In this document: piece by piece, positions 1-15,740 of the stretch
Numbering within the stretch: position 1 is the stretch's first letter
Layout: every line of letters starts with the position of its first letter
Source of the DNA: the human T2T-CHM13v2.0 reference genome, Homo sapiens
NCBI RefSeq assembly: GCF_009914755.1
Contig: NC_060925.1
Length of the DNA stretch: 64,000 nucleotides
Reading direction: 5' to 3' (one strand)
Made by a program: the position numbers and the translations under genes
The notes under the pieces: model-generated
Database searches by the model: none
Told to the model about the DNA's origin: nothing
Seen by the model: only the letters and a program-made list of their open reading frames with translations

Positions 1-361
1 ACTCATGTGTGACTGGTGAAGCAGCTTTATTTGTAATAGCCAAAAACTGGAAGCAACCCAAATGTCTATCAACTGGTGAGTGGACAACATGTGATACCTC
101 TTACCTCTTTACAATGGAATACTATTTAGCAACGAAAAGGAATGAACTACTGATACAAGAAACAACATGGATGAATCTCAAAATGACTATGCGTGAAAGA
201 AGCCAGACATGAAAGACATAGACCATACAATTCCATTTATGTGAAATTCTAGGAAGGGCAAAACTATAGTGACAGAAATGGTGGAGAGGATTCACCGCAA
301 AGGTGCAGGAGGGGCAGGAGGGGGTTCCATGAGCTGATGAACATGTTCTATATGATTGCAA
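1..361 (+). mobile_element. Old L1 (L1M-type) 3' region, left part; interrupted by MER21-type LTR
   Basis: Typical L1M 3' text (gtaatagccaaaaactggaagcaacccaaatgtctatcaactggtga...atggaatactatttagcaacgaaaaggaatgaacta...); resumes at ~1586. Confidence 0.75.
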
Positions 362-1585
362 GATTGTGATATGATAAGAAATATATATTTAGTTCTCCTC
401 CCAATTCCTGGTGTAAAAGTTTTTTAAAACCCTTGGAATTTCCTAGGTTACAGGAGGGGGGTAGGCAGCCTCTTATTATTATATTATTCATAACGAGTCC
501 CTTTCAACCACACCTGAGTTTATTCTAATGAGGTGGCTCTTTCAGGATACCGCTGGATGCCAAGAAGACCAATCCTGTGATTAGAAGGGTGGAATTTTCA
601 ACCCCACCCCATGACCGCTGGAGAGAGGAGAGGTGCTGGAGGTTGAATTGATCACCAATGGCCAATGACCTAATCAATCATGCTTACATAATGGAGCTTC
701 TGTAAAAACCCTAAACAACTAATTTCAGGTAGCTTCCCGGTCTGTGAAAGTATCCACATGCCACAAGAGTGGCACACCCCAAATTCCACAGGGACAGGAG
801 TTCCAGAACTTGAGACTCTTCCAGACCTTACCCTATGAACCCGTCCATCCGGCGGTTTATTTGTGTCCTTTATAATATCCTTTATAATAAGCCAGTAAAG
901 TCTAGGCAGGGTGGCTCACGCCTGTAATTCCAGCACTTTGGGAGACCAAGGTGGGCAGATCACTTGAGGTCAGGAGTTTGAGATCAGCCTGATCAATATG
1001 GTGAAACCCCGTCTCTACTAAAAAGACAAAAATTAGCCAAACATGGTGGCACATGCTTGTAATTCCAGCTACTCGGGAGGCCAAGGCGGGAGGATGGCTT
1101 GGGCCCAGGAGGTTGCAGTGAACTGAGATCACACCACTGCCCTCCAGCCTGGGCGACAGAGTGGGACTCCATCTCAAAAATGAAGAAGAAGAAGAAGGAG
1201 AAGGAGAAGGAGAAAAGGAGAAGGAGCCAGTAAACTATTGTCCTGAGTTCCGTGAGCCCTTATTGCAAATTATTGAAACTGAGAAAGGGGTGTGGGAACC
1301 TCTGATGTGTAGCCGTCAGACAGAAGTGTGGGTTACCCAGGGACCCACTGCTTGCGATCAGCATCTGAAGTGGGGCGCAGTCTTGTGGGACCGAGTCTTT
1401 AACCTGTGTGGTCTGTGCTAACCTCAAGTAGTTAGTATCAGAATTGAATTAAATTGTAGGACACCCAGTTGGTGTCCACAGAGAATTGGAGAATTGCCTG
1501 GCGTGGGGGGTGGCGGAACACACATTTGGTGCCAGAAGTGTTGAGTGTAAAACAGATCCTAGAAATAGTAGACAAAGTTTTCCTT
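362..1585 (+). mobile_element. MER21-type LTR, interrupted by an Alu at 905-1224
   Basis: Starts tgtgatatgataagaaatatatattt; has ataatatcctttataataa and gcatctgaagtggggcgcagtcttgtgggac...gaattgaattaaattgtaggacacccag blocks like MER21 consensus (recalled). Confidence 0.7.
905..1224 (+). mobile_element. Alu with (GAA/GGAGAA)n tail, inserted in the LTR
   Basis: Dimeric Alu; target-site duplication (TSD) AGCCAGTAAA at 890-899 and 1225-1234. Confidence 0.95.
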
Positions 1586-1710
1586 TCATCATGACTGTAA
1601 TCGGTTGTGGTAATGAGACTGTATACATTTGTCAAAACTCATCAAATTGTATACGTGAAATTGGCAAATTGTCTTGTCTATAAATTACACCTCAATAAAA
1701 TGACCAAAAA
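1586..1710 (+). mobile_element. L1M 3' terminus (continuation of 1-361)
   Basis: tatacatttgtcaaaactcatcaaattgtatac...acctcaataaaa L1 end with AATAAA. Confidence 0.7.
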
Positions 1711-2092
1711 GGGGAGGGAAGGAGTCCTGAGTTTCAGTTCTAGCTCTGGCATTCTTCCCCTTGAGCAAGCCACTCCCCTCAGCAAAGTTGTGGAGTCAAC
1801 CTGGGCGCTGAGTCTGGGCCTCCTTGACACTTGGCTCTCGCCAACCTGGTGAGTAAAGCCCATCCAGGAGCATTTGCAACCCAGCCAAACCCATCATTCA
1901 GGCTACTCCTGGTACCCCCTCCAGCAACCCCTCAGCAGGCCTGGAGTTGAATGGGGGCCTAGGGGTCCCACTGTCCTGCTCTCTATCCCTTGGGCCTAAA
2001 GATGTGTGCACGGGAAGTGCAGTCCAGCTCCAGGAGAAGAACCCAGGGAAGAGGCCCACAAGGCCCTGGAAGCAGCCCAGTGCCATTCAAGC

Positions 2093-2278
2093 AGGTTGAA
2101 TTGATCACCAATGGCCAGTGACCTAATCAATCATGCTTACGTAATGGAGCTTCCGTAAAAAGCCTAAACAACTGAGTTCTGATAGCTTCCTGGTCTGTGA
2201 AAGTATCCACATGCCACAAGAGTGGCGCACCCCAAATTCCATAGGGACAGGAGTTCCAGAGCTTGGGACTCTTCCAGA
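2093..2278 (+). repeat. 186-bp direct copy of 640-825 (internal piece of the MER21-type LTR)
   Basis: Hand alignment: 173/186 identical, no indels. Confidence 0.9.
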
Positions 2279-3030
2279 ATTGGGGGGCCCAGTCCCCAAA
2301 GTATAGTCCAGAGAAGGAGGTATGGCTTCCAGGGGAACCTGGGCCATTGGCGTTGCAGACTGCTTGCCCCGTAAGGATGGGACTCGCCGGAGGAACTTCA
2401 GATCAGAGCCTTTTAAAGCATATGCAGAGGCCCCAGCTGCTGAGGTCTCACGGCTACAGGCAGTGCTGACAGGTAGTGATTCTGGGCTCAGATCACGAGG
2501 AGTTTCAAACGCCAGGCTAAAGAGTCTACTCTTCTGAGGACGTGTGAAGCGCCATTGAAGACTCTGGGAGCAGATCTGTATTTTGGAAAGATTCATTTCA
2601 CACATTATTGATTATCTACTATGTCAAGGTGCCAGCCACACACAGTAGTGAGAAAGGAGTATTTGGTGGGAGGGGAAAGGGAACACCATTGACTGAGCAG
2701 CTGCTCTGTGCCAGGCAGGCTCAGTACTGGGCACTTTAGAGAAATGCTCTTGGTCAACCCTCCCCCATCAACTAGAAGGGAGGCACTCCTCCCCATTTCA
2801 TAGATGTGGACAGTGAGGCTCAAAGAGGCAAAGTGAGCTGCTCAAGATTACACAGGCAGAAAGGGGTTGAGCTTGATTTGGAACTGGGTCTGGCTCTAAA
2901 CCCAAGGTCCTTTTTGCTGTCCCCAAGAACGTAACTCTTCTGCAGTGCAGGCAGGAGTGAGGTGGAGAAGCCTCTGCCCTCCACAGAAGGAGCCCCACAG
3001 CCCAGCCAGCTGGAACATATATTGACTGCC

Positions 3031-3195
3031 TTTTTATTATTATTATTTTATTATTTTTAGAGACAGGGTCTCATTCTGTCACCCAGGCTGAAGTGCAGTG
3101 GTGAGATCATAGCTTGACCTCTGGGCTCAAGCAATTCTCCCACTTCAGCCTCCCAAGCAGCAAGGACCATAGGCACTTGCCACTGTACCAGCTAA
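3031..3195 (-). mobile_element. Alu monomer/half element (FRAM/AluJ-like)
   Basis: gagacagggtctcattctgtcacccaggctg...; T/TTA tail at 3031-3058. Confidence 0.8.
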
Positions 3196-3393
3196 TACCT
3201 GCCTTTTTTAGAAGGAATTTAAAACTATGCAAAGCAATTAATTTCAGTGGGATTTGCATCCCAATTCTCAGTGATTTTACCACCCTCACCCTCCTCCAGC
3301 CCCTTTTCAGTTGGATTTTCCATCATCCTCACAGAAAAGCTAGAAGGGGTTAAGGGAGGGGGATTTTTTCCCCTCCAGGAAGCCTGCTTTTTA

Positions 3394-3760
<367 letters not shown>

Positions 3761-3829
3761 CTAGGATTTACTCAGGTGGAGACACCAGCCAAGCCATCAC
3801 GGATTCTTCTCCAAAGACCACAACTGCTG

Positions 3830-4898
3830 GGTGTGTGTCTGTGTGCCTGTGTGTGTCTGTGTTTGTGCATATGTATGAGTCTGTGTGTCTGTGTGTACCT
3901 ACATGTCTGTATGTGTATCTGTGTGTCTGTGTATCTGTGTTTGTGTACCAGTGTGACTGTGTGTCTGTGTGTGTATTTGTGTGTGTGTGTGTGTACCAGT
4001 GTGTCTGTGTATCTGTGTGTGTACCTATGTGTCTATGTGTAGCTGTGTGTCTGTATGTGTATCTGTGTGTGTGCCTGTGTCTGTGTGTATGTCTGTGTTT
4101 CTGTGTGTGTATCCGTGTGTGTGTGCACCAGTGTGTCTGTGTATATATCTGTGTGTGTGTGTATATTGGTGTGTCTATGTGTCTGTGTGTACCTACGTGT
4201 CTGTGTATGTGCTGATGTGTCTGTGTGTCTGTGTGTGTACCGGTGTGATTGTGTGTGTGTGTCTATGTGTCTGTGTGTATCTGTGTGTCTGTGTGTGTAG
4301 CTGTGTGTGTGCCTGTATGTCTGTCTTTGTGTATGTGTGTGTAGCTGTGTGTGTGCCTCTGTGTATGTCTGTGTGTCTTTGTGTATGTCTAGTGCCTGTG
4401 TATCTGTCTGTGTGTGTGTGTGTACCGGTGTGTATGTGTATCTGTGTGTCTGTGTGTATCTTTGTGTGTGTGTCTGTGTGTGTACCTATGTGTCTGTATA
4501 TGTATCTGTGTGTCTGCCTGTGTGTGAGTGTGCGTGTCTGTATCTGTATCTGTGCATGTTTCTGTGTGTGTATCTGTGTGTGTGCCTGTGTCTGTGTGTG
4601 TCTGTATGTAAGTCTGTGTACCTGTGTGTGTGTGTGTGTGTGTGTGTAACAGTGTGTATGTGTATCTGTGTGTGCGTGCGTACTGGTGTGTCTGTGTACC
4701 TATGTGTCTGTATATGTATCTGTGTGTCTGCATGTGTGTATGTGTGTGTGTAACAGTGTGTATGTATATCTGTGTGTGTGCGCGTACTGGTGTGTCTGTG
4801 TGTCTGTGTACCTATGTGTCTGTATATGTATCTGTGTGTCCGCATGTGTGTATGTGTGTGTGTGTATATGTGTGTGTCTGTGTACCGGTGTGTCTGTG
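3830..4898. repeat. ~1.07-kb degenerate (TG)n/(TGTC,TGTA)n simple repeat
   Basis: Alternating purine-pyrimidine tract; explains the Cys/Val and His/Thr pseudo-ORFs. Confidence 0.95.
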
Positions 4899-5604
4899 GG
4901 GCTATGTGACCTTCTAGTGGCTTACGGTGAGTGCAGATGCTCTGCATCAGACCAGGGCCCCAGTCCTGTCTGTGCCTCTCATTGGCTGTGGGTTCCCCAC
5001 CAAGTCACCTAACCCTCAAGCCTCCTTTCCCTCCCCTGTGGAATGGGAATGGTGATGCTTTTGCTGGCTAAGTTGAACTGAGGATTGATTGGACAATGTA
5101 TTGTGTGCATCATGCCAAATGCAAGCGGATTGTTCAATATATGTAGGTTTTTGTGTCGTTAGGGCCTTTCCTACTTCTTGCTAATACCCCTTTCATTCAC
5201 CCATTCCACACGTATTGATGGAACTCCCATTATGTGCCAGGTGTTCCCGTTCTGGGCACTCAATATCCTTTCCCAGAGATTATAGAATAGAAACCAGACT
5301 CGAGTACACCTAGTTCAAGTCCTTATTCATTCATTCACTCACTATTTATTGTGCCCCTTTCTAGCTATGTCACCTATGCAAGTCATTTTCCTCATGAAGC
5401 CTCCATTTCCTAATTTGGACAAAGGACATGGAAATAATACCTGCCTGCCTGCCTTGTTTCCACTGGAAGGATGGACTAAAAACAATAAAGTATAAAAGAA
5501 TGTTTTCATTTAAAACATTGTAAAATAGTAGTTGTTACTAATGCAAGGGGTTGCAACTCCACGTAGGGTATGGTGCTGTATGACTGCAGTCAGAGGAAAT
5601 CTCA

Positions 5605-6007
<403 letters not shown>

Positions 6008-6807
6008 TTAGCAGGTGCATCCTGACTCCATGCCCACCCTGGCCCAGGGAGCTCCACTTTCTCTGGGCCTCTGTGCTCTTCCTTCCTTGAGACAGTCTCT
6101 TCTTGGATTGCTTCCTGTTCTTGAAACTTTCTAATTGATCAGCCTCAGGCTACATTACACTCCAGAGCGCATCAGTGGCCTCTACCACCAGGATGCAGTC
6201 ACTTCTCTTCCCCAGCTCCACATTTCTAAATAGTTGTCTCCCCAGCCTGTTACCCTCAGGGGTAACCAACAACACAACACTCTCAACAGAAACTTCAAGA
6301 ACCAAGGTCACGCATACTCACTTTCAAAAATGTTTTGGGTTTGCCAGGTGTCCCAGCCTGGAATACTCCCTCCTCCTCCCTTTGTCTATAAAATGGGGAT
6401 AATGATAATACCTACCTTGTTGAATTTTTGTGAGAATTCAATTAGAATGTGTAAAGTCCTTAGAATACTGCTTGATGCATAGTCCATGCTCAACAAATGT
6501 TAGTTTATGATTCCATCCTGCAGGAAGCAAATCAAGAAGTCTCCCCGGCCAGCTGATTTCTCCCTCTGAGCTATTGCAATGCTTGAGTGGGTCTTGACTT
6601 TTGCGTAACTTCATCCATTTTGTAAACATTCATTGGATTCCCATAGAGATCAATAAAGCAGGGTGCTGGCCCCGAGGAGCTCCAGCCCAATGGGGAAGAC
6701 AAAGAAGCAGATCACAGAATCCAGGGTAAATAGGGCAGGGATGGAAAGAACACAGGAGACTGGAGAAGCCCAGGGCTTGGCAGGACTTAGTCTAAAAGGC
6801 TTCCTAG

Positions 6808-7158
<351 letters not shown>

Positions 7159-7214
7159 CCCGAACAGAGTTTTGAAGGATGAGTAACTGTTAGTCTGGCC
7201 AAGAAAGGGAGTAA

Positions 7215-7699
<485 letters not shown>

Positions 7700-7709
7700 A
7701 AAAGGTAAG

Positions 7710-7975
7710 AATTCTAAATGTAACCTGGTATCCTGGATCAGAGCCTTCAACAGAAAAAAGGACAATATTAGGAAACCTGGTAAAATCTGAATAACATCTG
7801 TAATTTAGTTAATAATGTTGTACCAGTGTTCATTTCTTGGTTTTCCCAGCCATACCATGGTTATGTAAGAAGTTAACATCAGGGGAAGTGGGTAAAGATA
7901 TACGAAGATATTCTGTAATATCTTCGTAACTCTTCTATAAATCTAAAATGATTTCAAAGTTCAAGGCTTTTTTAA
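7710..7975 (+). mobile_element. L1MC-like 3' fragment
   Basis: aaatgtaacctggtatcctggatcag...gttaataatgttgtaccagtgtt...aaatctaaaatgatttcaaa resembles L1MC 3' ends. Confidence 0.6.
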
Positions 7976-8279
7976 AAAGCTAGATTTATCTTGAGGGTAA
8001 TGGGGAGCCATTGAAGGTTTTATAGACATGATATAACCAGGTCAGATTTGTGTGCTCTGAAGATTACTCTGGCTAAAGTGAGAGATTGGAGGGGGCAAGC
8101 CACAACCCAGAGAGAGAGCTGCCCTGATCCAGAAGGCTGCAAGGATGGGGAGAAGTGAGCAGAGCTGAGAGCTCACTAGAAGGTAGAGTTTAAGAAATTT
8201 GGCTTTGATTGGATAAGGAGGTGAAGGAGAGGGCTAAGCCAAAGAAGACACTTGAGTTGCTGGTTTGAGCAACGTAATC

Positions 8280-9130
<851 letters not shown>

Positions 9131-10064
9131 AAAGATATGATGTCATTTCCAGGAGATAGAAGAGCAGGGGAGAGGCAAGTGAAGGAGATGGAGCAAAAGA
9201 AATTGGGTTTAGCTCTGGAGCTGGGGAATTTCAGGTGCTTGGAGGACATCGAGTGGAGAAGCCCCACAGGCTCAGGTGGAGTCCTCTGTGTGAACTCCAT
9301 TTGGCTGCCTGTGACCTTGGAACAGTAAACATCCTTCTCCTGAAGCCCCCAGGGCTTCTGGGGCCAATGCTTTTGTCATTGGCTGGGCCTCCCTGGCCCT
9401 CCCTGGCACACTAACTCGTCACTGCCCACTCACAGTAGAGCTACATGCTTTGTGAGGCTCTGACCCTCCCCAGAGGAGGAGAAGGGAGACAGGATATTGG
9501 GCTGCCTGTGGAGAGTTTTGTCTCCTTCCTCACCCCAGACCTGGCCTTCATGGAAAGCTCACTCAGGCCTTTCTCACTCTTCTCTCCCCAGAGGTTGAGA
9601 TCGGGAACCACACTCCTTATTAGGAGGGAGTTGGAGATGGGAGTATGAGGGCAGGGTCAGAGCTTGAAGAGATGAAGGTTGGGTGTGGGAAAGTTTACGT
9701 TGTTGGGGGGAAGATGTGCAGGTCAGTGTAAATCATTGCCCCGAAAATATTTCCCACTATGATAAAGCAAAAGATCTTGTGCTCTGGAGTCAGAAGCCTG
9801 GCTTTAAAGCTCACCCTGTCATTTGCTGACCATGTGACCTTGGGCAAGGCATTGAAACTCTCTTAATCTCACTTTTGTCATTTGCAATATGAGGATAGTA
9901 ATCCTACTTCATGGAGTGTTTGGAAGATTTTAACTTCACTTACTTGATTAGTTCATATATGTACTACATTTAGCATAGTGCTTGGAACAAAGTGAGCACT
10001 GGATAAAGGATAACTAACCATCCTCTTTGGCTTCAGTTGTGCAACTTTCTGGGATTTTGAAAGA

Positions 10065-10325
10065 ATGGGTAGATGGTTGCATGGATACATGGATGGACAA
10101 ATGAATGGATGATGGATAGATGGGTGGTTGCACATATGGATAATTATACAGATGGATAGTTGAATGGATATCTGGTGGGACACAAATATGAATGGATGGA
10201 TGGATGGATGGATGGATGGATGGATAGATCAATTGACTGATGTATCAATTGATGGACTAATGATTGGTTGGACAGATATATAGATGGATAGATGGTTGGA
10301 CGGATAGATGGATGGATGGATCATG
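10065..10325. repeat. (GGAT)n degenerate tetranucleotide repeat; resumes at 11025-11125
   Basis: Visible tggatggatgga tracts. Confidence 0.9.
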
Positions 10326-10330
10326 GATTG

Positions 10331-11022
<692 letters not shown>

Positions 11023-12695
11023 GGTGGTTGGATAGACATGTGGTTTGTTGGTTGGATAAATGATTGAATGGATGGATGATTGTTGTTGGATGGATGGATA
11101 GATGGATGGATAGGTGGATGGATGAGACAGTGAGATATGTAATACATAGTCCCTGTCCTCACTGAGTTCACAGTTCAAGGGAGAACCAAGATACTGAAAA
11201 GGATTATTACAACAGAGAGAGGTAGAAAATCCAGCTAGAGGAGGCCAGAGGGTAGGGGCAAGCAGGAGTTAGCTTGTCAGAAGAGGAGAAGAGATAATGA
11301 AGGTAGTTCCTGCCCTCAAGGAGTTCATGATCTAATTAAATAATTAGCCATTTCAGATTTCTTTTGAAACCGAGTCAGGTATAAATAAATCTGTAAACAG
11401 AACAGTTAAGCAAGCAAGGTGTTCTTCAAAAGGCAGTGAACTCAGATGTATAATAACTCCTGATTCAAAATATCATTTTCTCCCTGGAACAACCTCAGAG
11501 TTAATTTCCCAAATTTGCCAGAACACACACATTTCTTTGTCTCTGCTACTCAGCCTTACCTCCTCCCTAGGCTGCCTATGCCACTGTGATAGAAAAATAA
11601 GTGCACGAACCCATCTCCACTGTGAACACCCACAGCTGGTGAGTTACAAGGTGAGACAAGCCCAATCATCTCTGTTAGAGCTCTGCTCCCCTCCCACAAA
11701 CAGGCCATCAGAAGCCAGGGACTAAATGTCCGCAAGCTTGCACAGCATTTGCCTACCTATAACTGGTTTAGGTTTTAGTCTTAAATGGGATAAAATTCAT
11801 GATATGAAATTTGAAAAACACCTACCCAAGAGTCATTGAATGAACCGCAGACTTGGCCCTGGCCCCAGCTCTGCCACTGGTCATTGTGCAGTCTGGGGAA
11901 AAGAGGACTCTTAGGGCCTCAGCTCCCTATCAGTCAAACAAACAGATAGGTTGGGATGATCTCTGAGCTGTCTCTTAATTCCGATATTCAGCATCATATA
12001 TATTTTTATTTGTAGGTTAAAAATGAAGGGATTGCAAGGATGTCCCAAAGATTGCATGACTTGAAGCAAGCTCCTTCCACTCTCTCAGCCTCTATTTACT
12101 ATCTGACACAGGATAGTGGTCATGCCAACCTCACAGCCTTGTGGTAGAGTTCAAATGAAGCTATGCCTGTGAAGATGCTTAACAGTCTATAGCGCTCCAA
12201 ACCAGTGAATAAGGGGATGGCTTTCTGGACATTCTGAATAAGGAAGGAAGAAGCAAAAGTGCTATGGGGCATCCACGTGTATGTGAGCTCCACACTGGAT
12301 CTGGAAGGCCACTGCCCAGCTTTGGGTGGGGAACTAAGGCCCAGAGAAGTACAGAGACCCCTCCCAAATCAATGGGAGCATTAGGACTGGAACCCAGGTC
12401 CCATCACAACCAGTGCACCACTTGCCACAGTCCAGGCCTGACCAGAACCTTGGTCCTGCTGGGGTCTCAGCTCTTCCAAGGTCTTAGATGTCAGAGTAAA
12501 GTGAGATCAGATTCCAAATCTCTTCTCCCAGCAGTTTTTGCAGCTGCACCATCCACATGTGAGGAGGCACACAGGCGGAGACACCCACCCTGGCAGCAGT
12601 GACAATGGTGTTATGTCGGCAGCTGGGAAGTGGGTGGCCAAGGGAGGTGTTGTTTTCCACTGTGAGATGCTGGCACACTGGGAGGCTCATCAAGA

Positions 12696-12719
12696 CTGCT
12701 GCTGCTGCTGCTGCTGCTG
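12696..12719. repeat. (CTG)8 trinucleotide repeat
   Basis: Direct count. Confidence 0.95.
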
Positions 12720-12874
12720 CTACTATCATGGCTGCTGCACAATGGGGAGGGAGGGGGATGTGAGGCCTCAGAGCAAATGGCAATGGGACCGAAGTCTCCA
12801 GGCAAGAAGGGGTTACTTACTGCCCTTTGATAACTGCCTGCCCATTGGCCAGGCTCCAGATGGTGGCTCACAGC

Positions 12875-13460
12875 TGGGGTTCTGGAGTCAGGTGCCCTGC
12901 ATTCAAATCCAAGTTCTGCCACTTACTACCTGTGTGGCTGCAAGCAGGGATTTAATCTCTTTACTCTAGTTTCCATGTATATAAAAATGGTTTAATCATA
13001 GAGTCCCCTTCAAAGGGATGTTGGGAGGATGACATGAGATAGAGTGGGCAAAGGGCTGTCAGATTCTTAGGTCAGATTCCTAAGAAACAGCTTCTAAGAT
13101 GAACATTTGCATGCAAGAGGCTTGTCGGGGAGGGCTCTTGAGAAAGCACCTGATGAGGTGAAGGAAGGAGGACTGCACAGAAGGAGACACTGAATGATCT
13201 GCAGCAGCCACAAACTGGAGCTCTAAGGCAGGATTCCCCTTCAAATTCTCCTGAACTGAGGCCATGGGGCTACACCCAGAGAAAGGGTGTGGCCTTGACT
13301 TAGGCCAAAGGCAATTCCAGGGAAGCACTCAGCAGTGTGCTTTCAGCAGATAACACTCTTGGAAACTGGGGGATGAATGCCCCAGTCCTGAAGGGGGACT
13401 TCAGCAGTGCATGGCATCATCCACCAATAGGGCTTAGGACTCAATAAATATTAGCTGTTA
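12875..13460 (+). mobile_element. MIR interrupted by an LTR16-like LTR (13066-13430, minus)
   Basis: MIR core ctggagtcag...ttcaaatcc...gggaggatgacatgag, 3' end tcaataaatattagctg; insert resembles LTR16 (cccccttcaggactg...gaattgcc on minus). Confidence 0.6.
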
Positions 13461-14742
13461 ATCTTCATCATCATTACCACCATCACCACCACCATCATCA
13501 TCATCACCACCACCAACATCATCACCACCATCACCATCATCATCATTACCACCACCATCACCACCATCATCACCAACATTATTATCACCACCATCACCAT
13601 CATCAGCATTACTGCTACAATCACCTTCATAGCCACCACCACCATCACCATCATCACCATCACCACTACCATCATCATCATTACCATCATTATCACCATC
13701 ATCACCATCACCTCTACCATCATCATCATTACCATCAATATCACCATCATCACCATCACCACCACCAGCCTCATCACCATTACCACCACCAGCATCATCA
13801 CCACCACCACCAACAACAACAACAATAATAACAACAGCATCATCACCACCACCACCACTACCACCAACAGCATCATCACCACCACCACCACCACCACCAA
13901 CAGCATCATCACCACCACCACCAACAACAGCATCATCACTGCTACCACCACCAACAACAGCAACAGCATCATCACCATCACCACCACCACCACTACCACC
14001 AACAGCATCATCACCAACATCACCACCACCACCACTACCACCAATAACATCATCACCAACATCACCACCACCACCACCACTACCACCAACAGCATCATCA
14101 CCAACATCATCATCACCACCATCAGCAGCAGCAGCATCACCATTACTATCACCATCATAACCACCACCACCATCATCATCACGACCACCACCATCACTAC
14201 TATCATCATCATTATCACCATCACCACCATCACCACCACCACCATCATCATCACCACCACCATCACCACCAACAACAACATTGTCACCATCATCAGCATC
14301 ACTGCTATCACCATCATAGCCACCACCACCACCACTACTATCATTATCATCATTACCATAATTATCACCACCATCACCATCACCCATCACCACCATCATC
14401 ACCACTACTACCAATATTATCATCACCACCACCATCATTATCACCACCATCATCACCACCATCACCACCATCATCACCACCATCACCATCATCATCATCA
14501 CCACCACCATCACCATAAGCACCAACAACAGCATCATCACCAACATCATCATCACCACCATCACCATCATCAGCATCACCATTTCTGTCACCATCATAAC
14601 CACCATCGCCATAATCACCACCACCACCACTACCATAATCATCATAATTACCATCATTATCACCATCACCACCACCACCACCATTATCACCACCACCATC
14701 ACAAGCACCACCACCATCATCATCATCATCATCATCATCATC
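13461..14742. repeat. ~1.28-kb (CAC/CAT/CAA)n triplet low-complexity repeat
   Basis: Continuous in-phase CAN triplets, one apparent phase slip near 14381; source of the 310/434-aa pseudo-ORFs. Confidence 0.95.
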
Positions 14743-14769
14743 TTGTTTAGCCCCAAAACCACCTTGGAA

Positions 14770-14910
14770 AGTGGATGCTGTTAATGCCATTTTGCAAATA
14801 CAGAAACTAGGACAGAGAGAGGTTAATTGACTTGCCCAAGGATGCACAGTTGTGCATGGTAGAGCCAACACTGGGATACCAGATCTGTCTGTCTTCATTC
14901 CAGTGCTCAT
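14770..14910 (-). mobile_element. MIR
   Basis: ccattttgcaaatacagaaactaggacagagagaggttaattgacttgcccaagg. Confidence 0.7.
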
Positions 14911-15399
14911 GCCTCTTCATTACAAGGTGAAATTCTGTCCATCTCAATCACCTTTCCTTCCAGAACTGGATAGATGGCCACCCACCCACTCCATGGACAG
15001 GAGCTCACTCCCACTCCAGCAGCCAGCTCCAACACTGAGAGTCTCTGTTACGGAGTCACGAAAAGTTTGTTTCTCCAAAGCTTTTACCCATTGAAGCCCT
15101 AGATCTATGCTAAAGAAATCTAGCTCCCCCTCACACATTTCAACCATGACTATGTCCACCTCCATGGCAAGAGAATAATGGGGTTCCAAGGGATGGGCCT
15201 TAAAATATCTGAGTGTCACATAAACATCCAAAGCCCTGAAATGCTCTTGGCCAGACACCTTCCTGGAGAGCTGCTGCTCTAAGCCCTTGATGAACCCATG
15301 GCGACAAGATGAAATCTAAACCCACCCACTTAGCTAACCCCACCACTGCCCTATCTCACCTCCCATCCTGGGCCTCACTGGCATGTTTCAATCCCTTCA

Positions 15400-15740
15400 C
15401 ATACCCTGACTGCTCTCACTCTGCACCTCTGAAGAGACCCTCCTCTCTTCTGGGTGCTCCCTTCTTCTATCTCCTCTCCTGGTTTCCCCCGACTCACTCC
15501 TTGTGTACCAGCTTAGACATCAGCTTCCCCAGGAAGCCTTCTCTACCCTCCAAAGCCCAGTCCAGGGGCCTCTCCTTAGAGTCCTCTGTACCCAGCACTT
15601 GTGCCTCCCCCACCACACCGAGAGCTTCGTGAAGGCAGAGACTGTGTCCTCACTGCACTTGGCACAGCATCGGGCATGCAGCCTGTGATTAATAAAGTGA
15701 ACAAATGAATGAATCACTGAATGAGCGGATGATGGAGCAA
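15400..15740 (+). mobile_element. L2 3' fragment
   Basis: aggaagccttctct...gaaggcagagactgtgtc...gaatgaatcactgaatg L2 tail. Confidence 0.6.

Noticed and set aside
3776-5012. Cys/Val-rich and His/Thr-rich ORFs up to 226 aa
   Set aside because: Translations of the (TG)n repeat; no gene structure
12696-12719. (CTG)8 as a disease-type repeat
   Set aside because: Short, intergenic, no sign of transcription
13451-14910. 310-, 434- and 176-aa Met/Val and Gly/Asp ORFs
   Set aside because: Stop-poor triplet repeat; no promoter or splice support
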